Shown here one piece after another: positions 24,470 to 35,239 of a stretch of 64,000 nucleotides of DNA; position 1 is the first letter of the stretch; the number at the start of each line of letters is the position of its first letter. Below the pieces are notes generated by a model. The model made no database searches, was not told the DNA's origin, and saw nothing but the letters and a program-made list of their open reading frames with translations. The translations under genes were made by a program, and so were the position numbers. This DNA comes from Corallochytrium limacisporum Hawaii (taxonomy: Eukaryota > Protista > Pluriformea), in assembly GCA_002811645.1 (NCBI GenBank), contig PDIP01000019.1, positions 186,588-250,587 of the forward strand, in the 5' to 3' direction.

Positions 24470-25187
24470 TGCGCAAGTAGCGCAACGCGAATCATCGAGG
24501 ATGCGAACAGGAGAAAGCCCGACGGCGCGGTGGTGGCTGTTTGATTGGTTTCTACGAACTTTAGATTGAAACTTCAGGCTAGAGCCAGGCGGAAGGTTGA
24601 GTGGCACAGGCGGGTGGTGTGCTCGCCAAAATTGCCTCACTGCCATGTAAGTAATCCGAACACGATTTTCATACATTAAACTACAAAGATCTACCACTTT
24701 TCTTGGCTACCGATGGCGTGGCACAACAGGTACGGTCCCTTGGGTCACCCGCACCCACCGGAGAAATGGGGCGGAGCGCTGACAAAAAACTGGACTCCCT
24801 CGTCCGTACACGGTGGACACCACATCAACTGGCCCGCCTGTGTTGTGCCATTTTCGGGTTGGGGGGGGAGCCGGGTTGGAGGCGAGTTTCTTCTCCCAAT
24901 CACACAGGGCTGGATTCCTGCGCAACATAAGGTTGGGCCCGGAAGGCTTGCGCGCTCAGTGATTGTGTAGATGCGGAGGTGTGGAAACCGAACTATTTGC
25001 TTGCACACTTTATTCAGAGGTATACGGAGATCAATGCCCATAAATCTTTAGAATTTGTACAGCTAAAATCATGGAGGATCCGCATACAAACAAACAAATA
25101 TACCAGGCAAGGCAAGGCGAACCTGCAGGACAAAGTCAAGTCAGGATGAAGCTGTTGCGGTAAGAATACTTGCCATTTAAAGAAATA

Positions 25188-25886
25188 ATGCTTAACTCGG
25201 GAGCCCCCGGGTTCCATTACGCACCCCTAAGCGAGGCTGTCGTGTATACTGGCACTACACTATCGACACTGCGGTACCTGGCCGGCAATGGGGTCCTTCC
25301 TCGACAATTCAATACAATGGTTCTGCGCACTTTTGACGCGGGTCTGTCAAGATTTGCCTTCCCCAGTGCCGGTGCACTGTGCTTCGGGTGCGTACTGCTC
25401 TACTATTTCCGTTTGCTGGAGCGTAACTTTTCATCGCGTAAGTTTGCAGTGTATCTTATATTTACGGGCACCGTCAGCACGGCCGTGGATGTGGCCCTGG
25501 ACTTTGCCCTATCCTATGCTAAGAACCCCTACATTTCCTTAACTGGTAGCTCCGGAGGTGCTCTCACTGCTCTGATCATGGCAAGTCTAGTCCAGTTGAT
25601 TATGACAGTTCCTGCCACTGAGCGAGTAACGTACAGCAATGTTACATTCACGAACAAACAAGTTGTCTGCCTAATGGCTCTGGCGTACATCACGGCAGCA
25701 TGGCCATGCACGCCTTCAGTCGTTGGCGGACTGGTCGGAGGATGGCTCTATGGCATCAATTTGCTTGCTATTCGGGAACTTAGTATGCCTAAATCCGTGG
25801 CACGTTTTTTCGACTCCACCTTCGGTGCTTTCTTCGGGCAGCCACCACCACCTCCACGGACAATGCGTCGTCCAGGAATGCGCTAG
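25188..25886 (+). CDS. Rhomboid-like pseudoprotease of the UBAC2/Dsc2 type
   Basis: N-terminal GFHYAPLS and LCFGCVLLYYFRLLERNFSSRKF motif, several TM segments; first ATG at 25188. Confidence 0.75.
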   Translation: MLNSGAPGFHYAPLSEAVVYTGTTLSTLRYLAGNGVLPRQFNTMVLRTFDAGLSRFAFPSAGALCFGCVLLYYFRLLERNFSSRKFAVYLIFTGTVSTAVDVALDFALSYAKNPYISLTGSSGGALTALIMASLVQLIMTVPATERVTYSNVTFTNKQVVCLMALAYITAAWPCTPSVVGGLVGGWLYGINLLAIRELSMPKSVARFFDSTFGAFFGQPPPPPRTMRRPGMR

Positions 25887-26092
25887 AAGGCAGACGTTAC
25901 CGCATCATGCACATCTTCAAGACACACGTACTCCATAAAGGCTTTCACGTCCATTTATATCGTCGTTCCATACAGGTTCATTAACTCGCACCTAAGGCCC
26001 GCCGTGCACTTATCGCTGGTCCGTATCGACAAATTGGCATCAACAGGTCAGGTATGCTAGTGCGTATGATGGTACGGAATCTATTTACACCT

Positions 26093-27052
26093 TCAGTTTT
26101 CCTTGATGTGCTCAAGGAGGAAACCAGACAGCTCTTCGTAAGCCTCCAGAACGGCAAAATGACCAGCATTGGGAACTACACGGTCGTCAGCATGCGGGCA
26201 CAACTCCCGGAAGAGAGCGGTTGCCTTGGCCGGAATAACGGTATCCTTCTCTGCCCAGATGGCGCGAAGTGAGAAATCTTTGTGGTGTGCATCCACATTC
26301 TTGGCCATGTCATGGACCTCAAAGTCGAAATGTTGAATGGTGGACAGGAAGGACCGCAAGAATCCCGGATGGTTATGGATCTGGTCCTTGACCGTGTTGT
26401 AGTAGACTTCAATTTCGGGTCGCATCTCATCACGGCGGACCTCCTTTTGTACATTGGCAACTATCTCAATACCCACAGCAGAGATGACAGCATCGATGAG
26501 GAGCGGCATTTGGCGACCAACTTTGAGAAGCCCCGGGTTGCCAATCGCAAAGCCGGCAGGCATAAGCAGTGTCACACTGCGGAGACGTTGAGGGTAGGCA
26601 TCTGCAAACTGTATGCTGATTGCGCCACCCAGACTCAATCCAACCAAATGAATCTTCTCTTTGATATCCAAAGCAAACAGTATCTCAGCTAGCTGTCCCA
26701 CAAACAATTCATTGCCGTGTTCAGTATCCGCACTATCGGAGAAACCACGTCCGTAGAGATCGAAACGGAGGGTACGGTAACCAGCCTGGTTCAATCTCTT
26801 TGCGACCTGGTCAAAGACGAATAGGGGACTGCTGACACCATGCACAAACACCACCAGCTCTGAGTCCTTCTTCGGCGTGGTGGGTTCGTCAAGCCGATAG
26901 TGCACAGTACCGTGGCTCAACTTGACGAGCTTACCCGGTGCCTTGGTGACATCGACAGGTCTGAGGGGACCCGTTCCAAACCGATGGACCACGTTACCAG
27001 CGATGAGAGCCAAAAGGCCGATCACTAGAGCGGTAATGAAGAAGCTACGCAT
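26093..27052 (-). CDS. Alpha/beta-fold hydrolase with N-terminal signal/TM anchor
   Basis: VFVHG oxyanion motif, FDLYGRGFSD, nucleophile elbow GLSLGG, Asp in WAEKDTVIP, His in AGHF. Confidence 0.92.
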   Translation of the reverse strand: MRSFFITALVIGLLALIAGNVVHRFGTGPLRPVDVTKAPGKLVKLSHGTVHYRLDEPTTPKKDSELVVFVHGVSSPLFVFDQVAKRLNQAGYRTLRFDLYGRGFSDSADTEHGNELFVGQLAEILFALDIKEKIHLVGLSLGGAISIQFADAYPQRLRSVTLLMPAGFAIGNPGLLKVGRQMPLLIDAVISAVGIEIVANVQKEVRRDEMRPEIEVYYNTVKDQIHNHPGFLRSFLSTIQHFDFEVHDMAKNVDAHHKDFSLRAIWAEKDTVIPAKATALFRELCPHADDRVVPNAGHFAVLEAYEELSGFLLEHIKEN

Positions 27053-27805
27053 AATTCTTGCTATTCCAGTGCACTTCAGTATGACCAGAGCATTGAATCA
27101 GTAGCCCTTCATAAAGTTTGCAGGCCATCCACGCCCCAAGTAGCCAGACATTGACAGGGCTATTCCAGTGTTCTCACAGTCTTCGAAGTGTTTACACAGT
27201 ACACGGTCAGCACACGCTTACAGGGGACGGCGAGTGTTGGGTGCTAAATCACACGCAGGCTATAGTTTTGGCAATGTACAATCCCTCTGATAACCTTCGC
27301 CAGCGATTGTGCCACCGTACCGTCACCTCCCGCCCCCCTCCTCTCTGGACAGAAATTTCTCTCTGCATCTGCTGCGGAGACCCTCTGTCCACTCACCCGT
27401 GACACCGATGCCACCTCACAAAAATTCCAGCACTGGTGGTCAGGAGTGTGAAAAGGGGGGGAGGGGAAGAGGATACACACGATACGGTTGCGACCGACCG
27501 AACCCCATTCAGCGTTGTTTTGCACGGGACTGTTAGTTTGTTAAAGGGAGTGGTTTTCAGATGGGGGCCTATTTTCTCCCGTGGGTGGCTGGCGATGGCG
27601 AAAGAAAAACGATCGCCGGCCAAACTCCAAAGAAAAACTATCACGGGGCTTTCATCAACAAAAACAGTGAAAAGTTTGGCAGCGACGGTGGGCCCTTTGT
27701 GTGTGAGTTTGGGGAGGAGGTGGGGGAGGGAGGGACCCGATGTCCCGTCCCTCCGCCAGCCACGGGCGGGAACGCACTTCGCTGAAGGGGGCCCGCGGGG
27801 GGGGG

Positions 27806-28009
27806 NNNNNNNNNNNNNNNNNNNNNNNNNNNNNNNNNNNNNNNNNNNNNNNNNNNNNNNNNNNNNNNNNNNNNNNNNNNNNNNNNNNNNNNNNNNNNNN
27901 NNNNNNNNNNNNNNNNNNNNNNNNNNNNNNNNNNNNNNNNNNNNNNNNNNNNNNNNNNNNNNNNNNNNNNNNNNNNNNNNNNNNNNNNNNNNNNNNNNNN
28001 NNNNNNNNN
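27806..28009. other. Assembly gap (N run) flanked by poly-G
   Basis: 204 N bases with G runs on both sides. Confidence 0.99.
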
Positions 28010-28230
28010 GGGGGGGGGGGGGGCGCTAGGAGAGAGGCGGGGTGCCGGGACTCCAACGGAATGGCGTTCTCCCAGAAGCCTGTCTTGACTGTCTGCAATG
28101 CTACTTGACGGATTGCACCTGATTTTCAATTTTTTTGCCTGCCATTGACCGAACTGTGGGGTGGACTATACTAACACGACTTGGGAGCAGATCATTCCTG
28201 AGACTGTTCGGAATAGTATAGAAGCCAACC

Positions 28231-29700
28231 ATGTCAGCTGGAACTTGGGATGATCTCGACAGCGTCGAGCAGGAGGCCTTTGATTGGTCTGATAAGGTGC
28301 ATGATGTGCTCTTGATCGCAATAAAGGATGATGAAGCAGTGGAATTTGATATTTACGAGAAATTGATGGAATGCACGGAAGCAGTTTTCGGTGAATTTCT
28401 GCAGTACATGACAGAGGAATCATATGATGAAACACAACAGAAACAGGCCAGTATTCCAGAGCAACGGCGCATTGTTCTCCACTTTAGTGCTCTGGTCAAT
28501 AATTCTAACGTATTCAAATGCATGGTGCACCTCATCAGTACCAGTTGGCATGATGCAAAGCTTGTGAACGACTGGGCGGAAATGGACCCCGAGAGCAACC
28601 GGCACGAGTCTGAAGACGAGGACATCTGCAAGGACGTTGAGCTAGACTCAGGTGGGCGTCTGGGTGTATTCCGATGGTTGCATCTGTTGGCATCGCTACA
28701 AGTCGTCGGGCTTGATACGTTTCTGGCAGAAATTGCTCCGGTTGTCGGGGTATTTGCAATGCGTAGGCACGCCATGAAGGCCTCTGACCCTGCCCTTGAT
28801 GTTGTCTTGCAGGCCCTGGCACTGTCCCGTAATCTCAATCCCCAACACTCATTTGTGCGGGAGATCCCCGGGCCTTTTCAGGCTCATAGTTTGTACCCAA
28901 TTGACCGCTATGAAGGCTGGCAAGGCCGCCTCTTCATGGCGTTCCAACGATTGCGTCAGCAAGAACTGGCAGTCAGTCAGAAACATCTTCGGGACTCTGT
29001 GCGTAAAAATGGCGATGTCTCCAATGGCCCCAATACCCCTCGCGACAGCACGATGCGTGACACCCCGAGTGCGGGCTCCACAGACTCCAAACTCACCCGT
29101 GGTTCATCTAAGAAGGATGGAAGCACCATGCAGCGGGTCAACTCTGGGACCATGCTTTCGCGCATGGGCAGCGCTGGTCGCAATCCACTAACCGAGGCTG
29201 CTATTCATGCCCACGAGACCGAAAAACGTGGTCGTAATGCGTACATTGACCCATTCTACGACGTCCTTCTGGCCCTCAACAGTATCGACGGCAACACTCG
29301 GTCTCCCGCAGCAGCCCTATGCATTCGCGGTAGCAATCGCTATGGTGAGTGTCTTCCTGCGTACATTCGCAAATACCATCTTCACATCACCACCATAATT
29401 GCTGCCTCTGGTTTCAAAAACAAGGTGGTTCAGAATTACGAGGATGGAGAGCGGGTGATCATGTGCGACGACCTCACTCAGCAGCTGGCATTCATGGCAT
29501 ACGGATGCGCAACCGTCTCCCAAGGGGATTGTTTCGAAGAGGTCCGCAAGGTCCTCTCCGTTCTTGAACTCCGTGCTATTCATTCCCTCCAATGGGAGAT
29601 GGTCGTACTTCTACGCAGCATGCAAAAGACCCTGAGCCCGCGATCGGATGGCAAAGAAAGGGTCTTCCTTGGCGATGAATCCTTTGCTGTCACCACTTAA
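28231..29700 (+). CDS. Hypothetical protein (489 aa)
   Basis: Long ATG ORF in good context (aaccATGt) with protein-like composition; no family recognised. Confidence 0.8.
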   Translation: MSAGTWDDLDSVEQEAFDWSDKVHDVLLIAIKDDEAVEFDIYEKLMECTEAVFGEFLQYMTEESYDETQQKQASIPEQRRIVLHFSALVNNSNVFKCMVHLISTSWHDAKLVNDWAEMDPESNRHESEDEDICKDVELDSGGRLGVFRWLHLLASLQVVGLDTFLAEIAPVVGVFAMRRHAMKASDPALDVVLQALALSRNLNPQHSFVREIPGPFQAHSLYPIDRYEGWQGRLFMAFQRLRQQELAVSQKHLRDSVRKNGDVSNGPNTPRDSTMRDTPSAGSTDSKLTRGSSKKDGSTMQRVNSGTMLSRMGSAGRNPLTEAAIHAHETEKRGRNAYIDPFYDVLLALNSIDGNTRSPAAALCIRGSNRYGECLPAYIRKYHLHITTIIAASGFKNKVVQNYEDGERVIMCDDLTQQLAFMAYGCATVSQGDCFEEVRKVLSVLELRAIHSLQWEMVVLLRSMQKTLSPRSDGKERVFLGDESFAVTT

Positions 29701-30120
29701 AATTGTATACTATAGCATCCATTAGACTCTTGTAGAGGAGCACCGTTTGTTCTCTTCTCCCCCCCCCCTTCAATTCTCTCTGTCCAATTCCCCCCCCTCC
29801 GGAGCGCAGTGGCTTTGTTTTGGCGCGCGTGGTTTTTTGAGGTGTGGCGGTTGGCGTATGGACCCCTTTCTTGAACTCTCCACTGTTTGGTCTGCTGAAG
29901 CCAGTGGCGTCGGAGATTTCAGACCTACTACGGCGTTTTCCTGGGTACTTTAGGAAACTCGTTTGTCCATTGGTGTCGTACAATCTATCAGAGTGTCAAA
30001 GTAGTAAACTAATCTCCGGTTTGACGGGCGTGAAATAGGCATTAGTTTTGTACCTACATTTGGGCAACATGATGTAGACGGTTATTTCTTGTAATAGGAT
30101 ACATATACGTAGTAGTAACA

Positions 30121-33100
30121 ATGGAAGAACAGCCACTTGCGGGTCCCTCTGTATGGGATCCGAGCTTTGTGACGGCGCTGGCTTTACCAGCAGCAGTTAG
30201 CGAGGACCATGACTTTAGTATGCTCACACTTCCCGCAAGTGACGGTGATGGACTAGGTCTGGATTCCATGAGCGTGAATCCGCTTATTGCAACCGGACTC
30301 TTTGCATGGGGCCATGGCACGTTAGTGTGGAGGCAGACCTATCACGGTGGGGAAGCCCATGAATTCAAAGTCGAGCACATCAACCGGGAAGGACGGCAGA
30401 CCGAACTGGTCCGGCAGGTTATGCAAGGCCGTGCCCTAGAGTTGGGCGTCTTTACTGTTTGCCCAGAGGAGAATTTGGCATACGTCTATATCTGTACGAC
30501 CCTGGGAATCCATCGGGTGGCTGTTAAGCACACACCGGCGCATGGTGTGTCAGCGACAGTTAACACAGAATTGCACACGAGTCGCGTACCCGAGGATTCA
30601 AAGGTCATTTACACACCGTTGGACGGCCGTGAAATGGCAATGGCGTTAGTTATTGATTCAACCAATGTCATGTTGGCAGTGTACGATGACAGCTTAACTC
30701 TCAGGGCTGCGGCAAAGATGGGCTGGAGAAACCAGGGAATGTTTTCCTTCCTGAGCAGGCCTGCACCTCTGGTGTCAGCGGTAGTGCTTCCCTTTCACCA
30801 CGACGGTCCTGATCTGCTTCATGTCCTCGTTACCAATGAAGATGGTCAAGCACAGATCTGGGCCCTCGACCGCAACCAAGGGCTACGGGATATCGGTCAT
30901 AAGAGCCTTGATATGCGCCACAGTCTAAATCCAATGTCCCATGCTCGCACTGTCAACGGATTGAAAGTGGAAAGCATGTTTGCAATTGCCACTGCTGGCG
31001 ACGTCCTTCTCTTTGTTTCCACGGTACTGAAGGAATCAAACAACTCGCCAGACTGCCCCTATGAAATATTCACTGTGAACATTACCCCAACCATCCTTGA
31101 CGAAGACACAAGCAACCAAGTACATAGCAACGGGAACGGAACCGAAGATGAGAGTTTACTGGATGCCCTGAAGGTTTCTTCAGCTGCAAGCTCTATCACC
31201 GTGCAGAGCGCCTATGAGTCATATGGAGAGACCTACTCATACATTCTGGTGAAGGCAGCTGATGATGCCATAACTACTTGCTGGACCATCGACCACGAGG
31301 AGTGTGTGGTCGTGGATACGATTGAGGTGCCTGAAGCTCTGCTAGCGAACGACAACCCTGTGCTTGGCCTGGGCACTCTGTATGGCTGGGAAACAGACCC
31401 TGTTTTCATTAGTGGTCATGCTATGTGCCTTGTCACCGGCAGTCAGTCTCTGGTTAATCGCTACACTCCTGACGTGGACGGCCATGAGTGGGCATGGGAG
31501 CTACTCGGATTGGTGGCTGGCTCTCTATGGGATTCTACGGACGGGGAGGACGACGCAGAAGCTACGGAGGAGTCAGTCATGCAGTCTTTGCTGCAGGATC
31601 TCCGCAGCAATGTCTTGCAGAACTTGCGTGGTGTGGTCAAGGACATGATTGTGCAGGTTGGCAGTGGGCATCACGGTCCACCAAACTTGATACGTGAGTT
31701 GATTCTGCTTTTGCAGGATGGATCTAGTGCAACGGAAATGCAGCAAGGACTGCGGGCGATTCTCCAGATTAATGGCTCAAGCAGCGATAACACACTCAAG
31801 GTCAACAAGTTTGACATCAACAGTCTTACAGACATGTCAAACTTTACACTGTACGAAGCCATTACTGCCATGGAACTACAGAAAGAGGTCCATCGGCGGT
31901 GGCAATTATCTCTTGCAATGTTTGTGGCAGCCTCACTCGTGGTGGAATACGGAGTTGAAGCTGGTATGGACCGTGCTGAGTTGCAGAAGGCATTTAGTGG
32001 AGACTTCATGCATGAAATAGCTGATCATTTTCGCCGTTCATACGGACTGGCCATGGTCTTTGACGACAATGTGCACGCGCAGACCCTGGCACTGCAGCTG
32101 TTGTACATCCACTCCTGCGATCCCAACGCAGAGGGTTTCACCCTAGAACTGGCCACCAACATGGCACTTACCACCCTGTACCAGGAACTGTTTATCTGCG
32201 GTGGTGGGCATATCATCTATGTGACTATGGACGATGCTTCCAGGTGTCGCGACGTGCTCAGTGTTTTCAACGATGGCACCGCAGTGTATTCCTTCCTTGG
32301 AGCCGAGGTAGTGGCCAGGCATCCGCATGCATTGCCCCAACGGTACGCTATTGTGGAAGCTCTGGCAGCTGCCTTAGACCACTTTGGCAGCGAGGCCAGC
32401 GAGCTCGTTGTTTCTGCGTGCCCGAACCTAACTCTCTTTGACCCGCTACGACAGGGTCTGCTGGCATACTGTTTGCACCTGCTAAAGGTAGCGGACCACA
32501 TCTGCTACGTTGAGCGGCGGGCCAACATTGCGGTCGAAATTGGCCGCCTTTGCCTGAGTGTCGTCGAGTTTTCTCTGCGAAAGTACGGTAGCGAAGAACG
32601 CACCTCTACCGCGCTGCTACCCTATGATGACGCCCTTCGCTGCGACAGTGCAGCCCGCGGACATCTCATTCAGTACTTCTTCGATGCCGGTAACGAGACT
32701 GACTCTATTGCGTACGAAGAGGCCTTCCAGACCATCATTGGCTACCGCGAACATGAGGGCCGCAAGATCATGCTCATGCGGATGCTAGAACTCATGCACG
32801 GTCGTGGCTGTTTGAATATGCTGCTGGCCTTCCCCTTGGCTGGCCTTTCTGGGGACTTGCGCGATGGCATCTATGAACGCATCGATATTGCCTTTCGCCT
32901 CAGTGCCACATCTGCAGATGGCACTGGCGGTGTTCCTCTACTTGCCTTCTACCCGCAGAGCCAGTTTCTGTACTCTCTTTACGTCAAGCGTAATGACCAC
33001 ATGGGCGCTGCAACCATCAAGTATGAAATGGCCTCATTGCTGCGCGAATTGATCCTCCGCGCTCCTGGCCTGAGCCAGGAACAGCGAGTGCAGTGTTTAC

Positions 33101-33957
33101 GCGGTGCCGTGGACTCATACCGAAGCTGCCTTAATTCGCTAGCACTCTTCGACGACGACAGTGATGAACTTGTTCTAATCGCCGCACGACGGGCTATCAA
33201 TTCACAGGGCGTGCCAGAAGGCTCGATCCTGTGCCAGGTGCGGTACCGAGACGTCTTGGCCGAGGCTGAGATCATGTACGCCAAGGAGATCCTTCTCGAG
33301 GGCGCCATCGATGAAGGCATCCTGCGCACGGAGAATGCAGAAGCACTTATTCCTCTGCTAATTTCCAAGGAGAGCCGTGCCTTTCTGGCCGCTAAACGTC
33401 TTGCCATTCATAGCCGTAGCGAGCAGGCGATGGTACTTGTCATGAAAGGTCTCGCTCAAGGTCTGATTGACAGCAGCCGAGTCGACACGGACGAGTATCA
33501 ACTGGTGACGCAGCAGTTCCTTATGCGGAATCGAGTCCCGGCAAGTGTTGGTGGGCAGGCCAGCCGCGCGTACTGGTACCTCATCCGCCAGTACTCCACG
33601 GGCAGGGACGTTAAATCAGAACTACCTTCCGTCAAGCCCGCGCTGACTGTATTGGAGCACCTGCTGCAGCACAACTGCGCCGATTCGCTGGTGCGGTGGT
33701 TCTGGGATCTCTGTCTTGCTGAGGGCGGTAGTCAGACTATCCGCGCCTTTCTGCAGTATAATTACATAGCTTCTGCTGCACGGGCCTTTCTGCTCATGGC
33801 CCAGGCGGTGGAGGAGGAACTGGTCGAGGGCCAGGCGGTGCCCATGCCTTTGTTAGACGAGATCGTGGCAAAGATTGATATTGTTCTACAGGACCCGAAT
33901 GTCTCTGCCTCAACTCGGGAGACACTGCACAATCGTAAAGCCGCTCTCACAGCGTAG
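30121..33957 (+). CDS. NUP160: Nucleoporin Nup160/Nup120-like
   Basis: 1278 aa; beta-rich N-terminal half and helical C-terminal half. Segment FLYSLYVKRNDHMGAATIKYEMA...YRSCLNSLAL resembles the conserved Nup160 C-terminal block. Confidence 0.7.
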   Translation: MEEQPLAGPSVWDPSFVTALALPAAVSEDHDFSMLTLPASDGDGLGLDSMSVNPLIATGLFAWGHGTLVWRQTYHGGEAHEFKVEHINREGRQTELVRQVMQGRALELGVFTVCPEENLAYVYICTTLGIHRVAVKHTPAHGVSATVNTELHTSRVPEDSKVIYTPLDGREMAMALVIDSTNVMLAVYDDSLTLRAAAKMGWRNQGMFSFLSRPAPLVSAVVLPFHHDGPDLLHVLVTNEDGQAQIWALDRNQGLRDIGHKSLDMRHSLNPMSHARTVNGLKVESMFAIATAGDVLLFVSTVLKESNNSPDCPYEIFTVNITPTILDEDTSNQVHSNGNGTEDESLLDALKVSSAASSITVQSAYESYGETYSYILVKAADDAITTCWTIDHEECVVVDTIEVPEALLANDNPVLGLGTLYGWETDPVFISGHAMCLVTGSQSLVNRYTPDVDGHEWAWELLGLVAGSLWDSTDGEDDAEATEESVMQSLLQDLRSNVLQNLRGVVKDMIVQVGSGHHGPPNLIRELILLLQDGSSATEMQQGLRAILQINGSSSDNTLKVNKFDINSLTDMSNFTLYEAITAMELQKEVHRRWQLSLAMFVAASLVVEYGVEAGMDRAELQKAFSGDFMHEIADHFRRSYGLAMVFDDNVHAQTLALQLLYIHSCDPNAEGFTLELATNMALTTLYQELFICGGGHIIYVTMDDASRCRDVLSVFNDGTAVYSFLGAEVVARHPHALPQRYAIVEALAAALDHFGSEASELVVSACPNLTLFDPLRQGLLAYCLHLLKVADHICYVERRANIAVEIGRLCLSVVEFSLRKYGSEERTSTALLPYDDALRCDSAARGHLIQYFFDAGNETDSIAYEEAFQTIIGYREHEGRKIMLMRMLELMHGRGCLNMLLAFPLAGLSGDLRDGIYERIDIAFRLSATSADGTGGVPLLAFYPQSQFLYSLYVKRNDHMGAATIKYEMASLLRELILRAPGLSQEQRVQCLRGAVDSYRSCLNSLALFDDDSDELVLIAARRAINSQGVPEGSILCQVRYRDVLAEAEIMYAKEILLEGAIDEGILRTENAEALIPLLISKESRAFLAAKRLAIHSRSEQAMVLVMKGLAQGLIDSSRVDTDEYQLVTQQFLMRNRVPASVGGQASRAYWYLIRQYSTGRDVKSELPSVKPALTVLEHLLQHNCADSLVRWFWDLCLAEGGSQTIRAFLQYNYIASAARAFLLMAQAVEEELVEGQAVPMPLLDEIVAKIDIVLQDPNVSASTRETLHNRKAALTA

Positions 33958-34053
33958 GACACCACACACATTTACACCAAAATCGATCATACTTAATAAA
34001 AACCAGTATAGAACATGTAAATTAAATTGATGATTGTACGCAATATAAAATGA

Positions 34054-34458
34054 CTATGACTTGTCGCTTGTACCCGCTCGCTCCTTGAATGCCTGAACTT
34101 CTGCAGGATCAATGTCCGACATATACTTCTCCAGGGTGTTCTTTAGTTCGTGAATTGAGTAGCTCATTCCATTCGCATTCTCACTTTGTTCGATTGTCGA
34201 TTCCAAGAGCGCTCGAGCAAAGAGATCAGGGTTGCTGTCCTGGTCCACTGCTCCCAGCAGTTCAACGGGGATCATGACATCGCTTTTGTTGGCAGCCTCT
34301 ACATTGCGCATTAGCTCGAAGACCTCGCTCAGATACATTGCTGCCGCTTCTGGGGACTTCGGTTGCTTTGCCGCAGTTTCCACCAGGAAAACCTGATCTA
34401 TTAGACTCTTTACCGCATCTCCGAGCTTCTCAAGCTCAGAGTCCTTCTGTTCACTCAT
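34054..34458 (-). CDS. MED10: Mediator subunit 10 (Nut2)
   Basis: 134 aa; IPVELLGAVDQDSNPDLFARALLE...ENANGM matches the Med10 'IP.E...ID.G.NP..YT...E' pattern. ATG at 34458. Confidence 0.75.
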   Translation of the reverse strand: MSEQKDSELEKLGDAVKSLIDQVFLVETAAKQPKSPEAAAMYLSEVFELMRNVEAANKSDVMIPVELLGAVDQDSNPDLFARALLESTIEQSENANGMSYSIHELKNTLEKYMSDIDPAEVQAFKERAGTSDKS

Positions 34459-35239
34459 GGTTCTCAAACTTTCTTCGTCTGCTACGGATTCTTGTTCTTC
34501 AGGATCGATTCCTTTCTTTGAAATTTGAACTTCACAGCCACGTATCTGCTTTCGAACTAGACACGTTGTGGTTTAATATCCATATATAAAAAAAAAACTG
34601 GCGAAAGTCATCCAATGCTCCTGAAATAGTTTCTCTCGTTCGCTTACATGACCCCCAATTCGTAGCCAACTCAGGTCGCAACTCTATCTCCCGTCTCCCA
34701 GGGATCAGAGGGCGCAATACGTGCCACCCAGGGGCGGCGGGAGAGGGGGCATAGTTTTGGTGAAAGCCACCAAGGCAGTACGACACCAGATCAATAGCAA
34801 AGACCGGGGGGAAGGTCAGAAAAAAAACAGGCGGGGGAGGTTTGGTCCCCATTGGGGGCCCAGGAACTGGCGCGCTCTGCCTGCTGTTTCCTTTGTTATG
34901 CCCCTTCAACGGTTCGACCCCAGTACTGGCTGAGGATTCTGGACACTTTCGAGGTTCATAGCGGGTCAGGGGGACCCACTCTGGACCTGCGGAACAGACA
35001 CCAATCAATGCTCGTTTGGTTATGACATTGCAGATCTGGCTATTTCGGAGATGCTCCCTGCATCCTTAGCACCCCTGATAAGTGATTCCTATTGTAGGGA
35101 CATGTACAGAAAACGTCTCAGGAAATGATCGGATTGCCGCCATGAGTTGAGGACGGCCGAAACATAATCACAAGTCTTCGAACCTACAAACTGGGACAAA
35201 GAAGGTGAGATATTGGACCTTCTATCACCGACAGCAAAG

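Noticed and set aside
23636-24569. 185-, 216- and 136-aa ORFs in the 23.6-24.6 kb spacer (similarly 59767-60533 and 63456-63992)
   Set aside because: They run through purine/pyrimidine tracts and microsatellites that lack stop codons, and show no protein-like motifs.
24719-24850. 10-bp inverted repeat (tggcacaaca/tgttgtgcca) enclosing ~112 nt
   Set aside because: Expected by chance several times in 64 kb; no target-site duplication or further structure.
27436-28129. ORFs spanning the N gap
   Set aside because: They are open only because N codons contain no stops.
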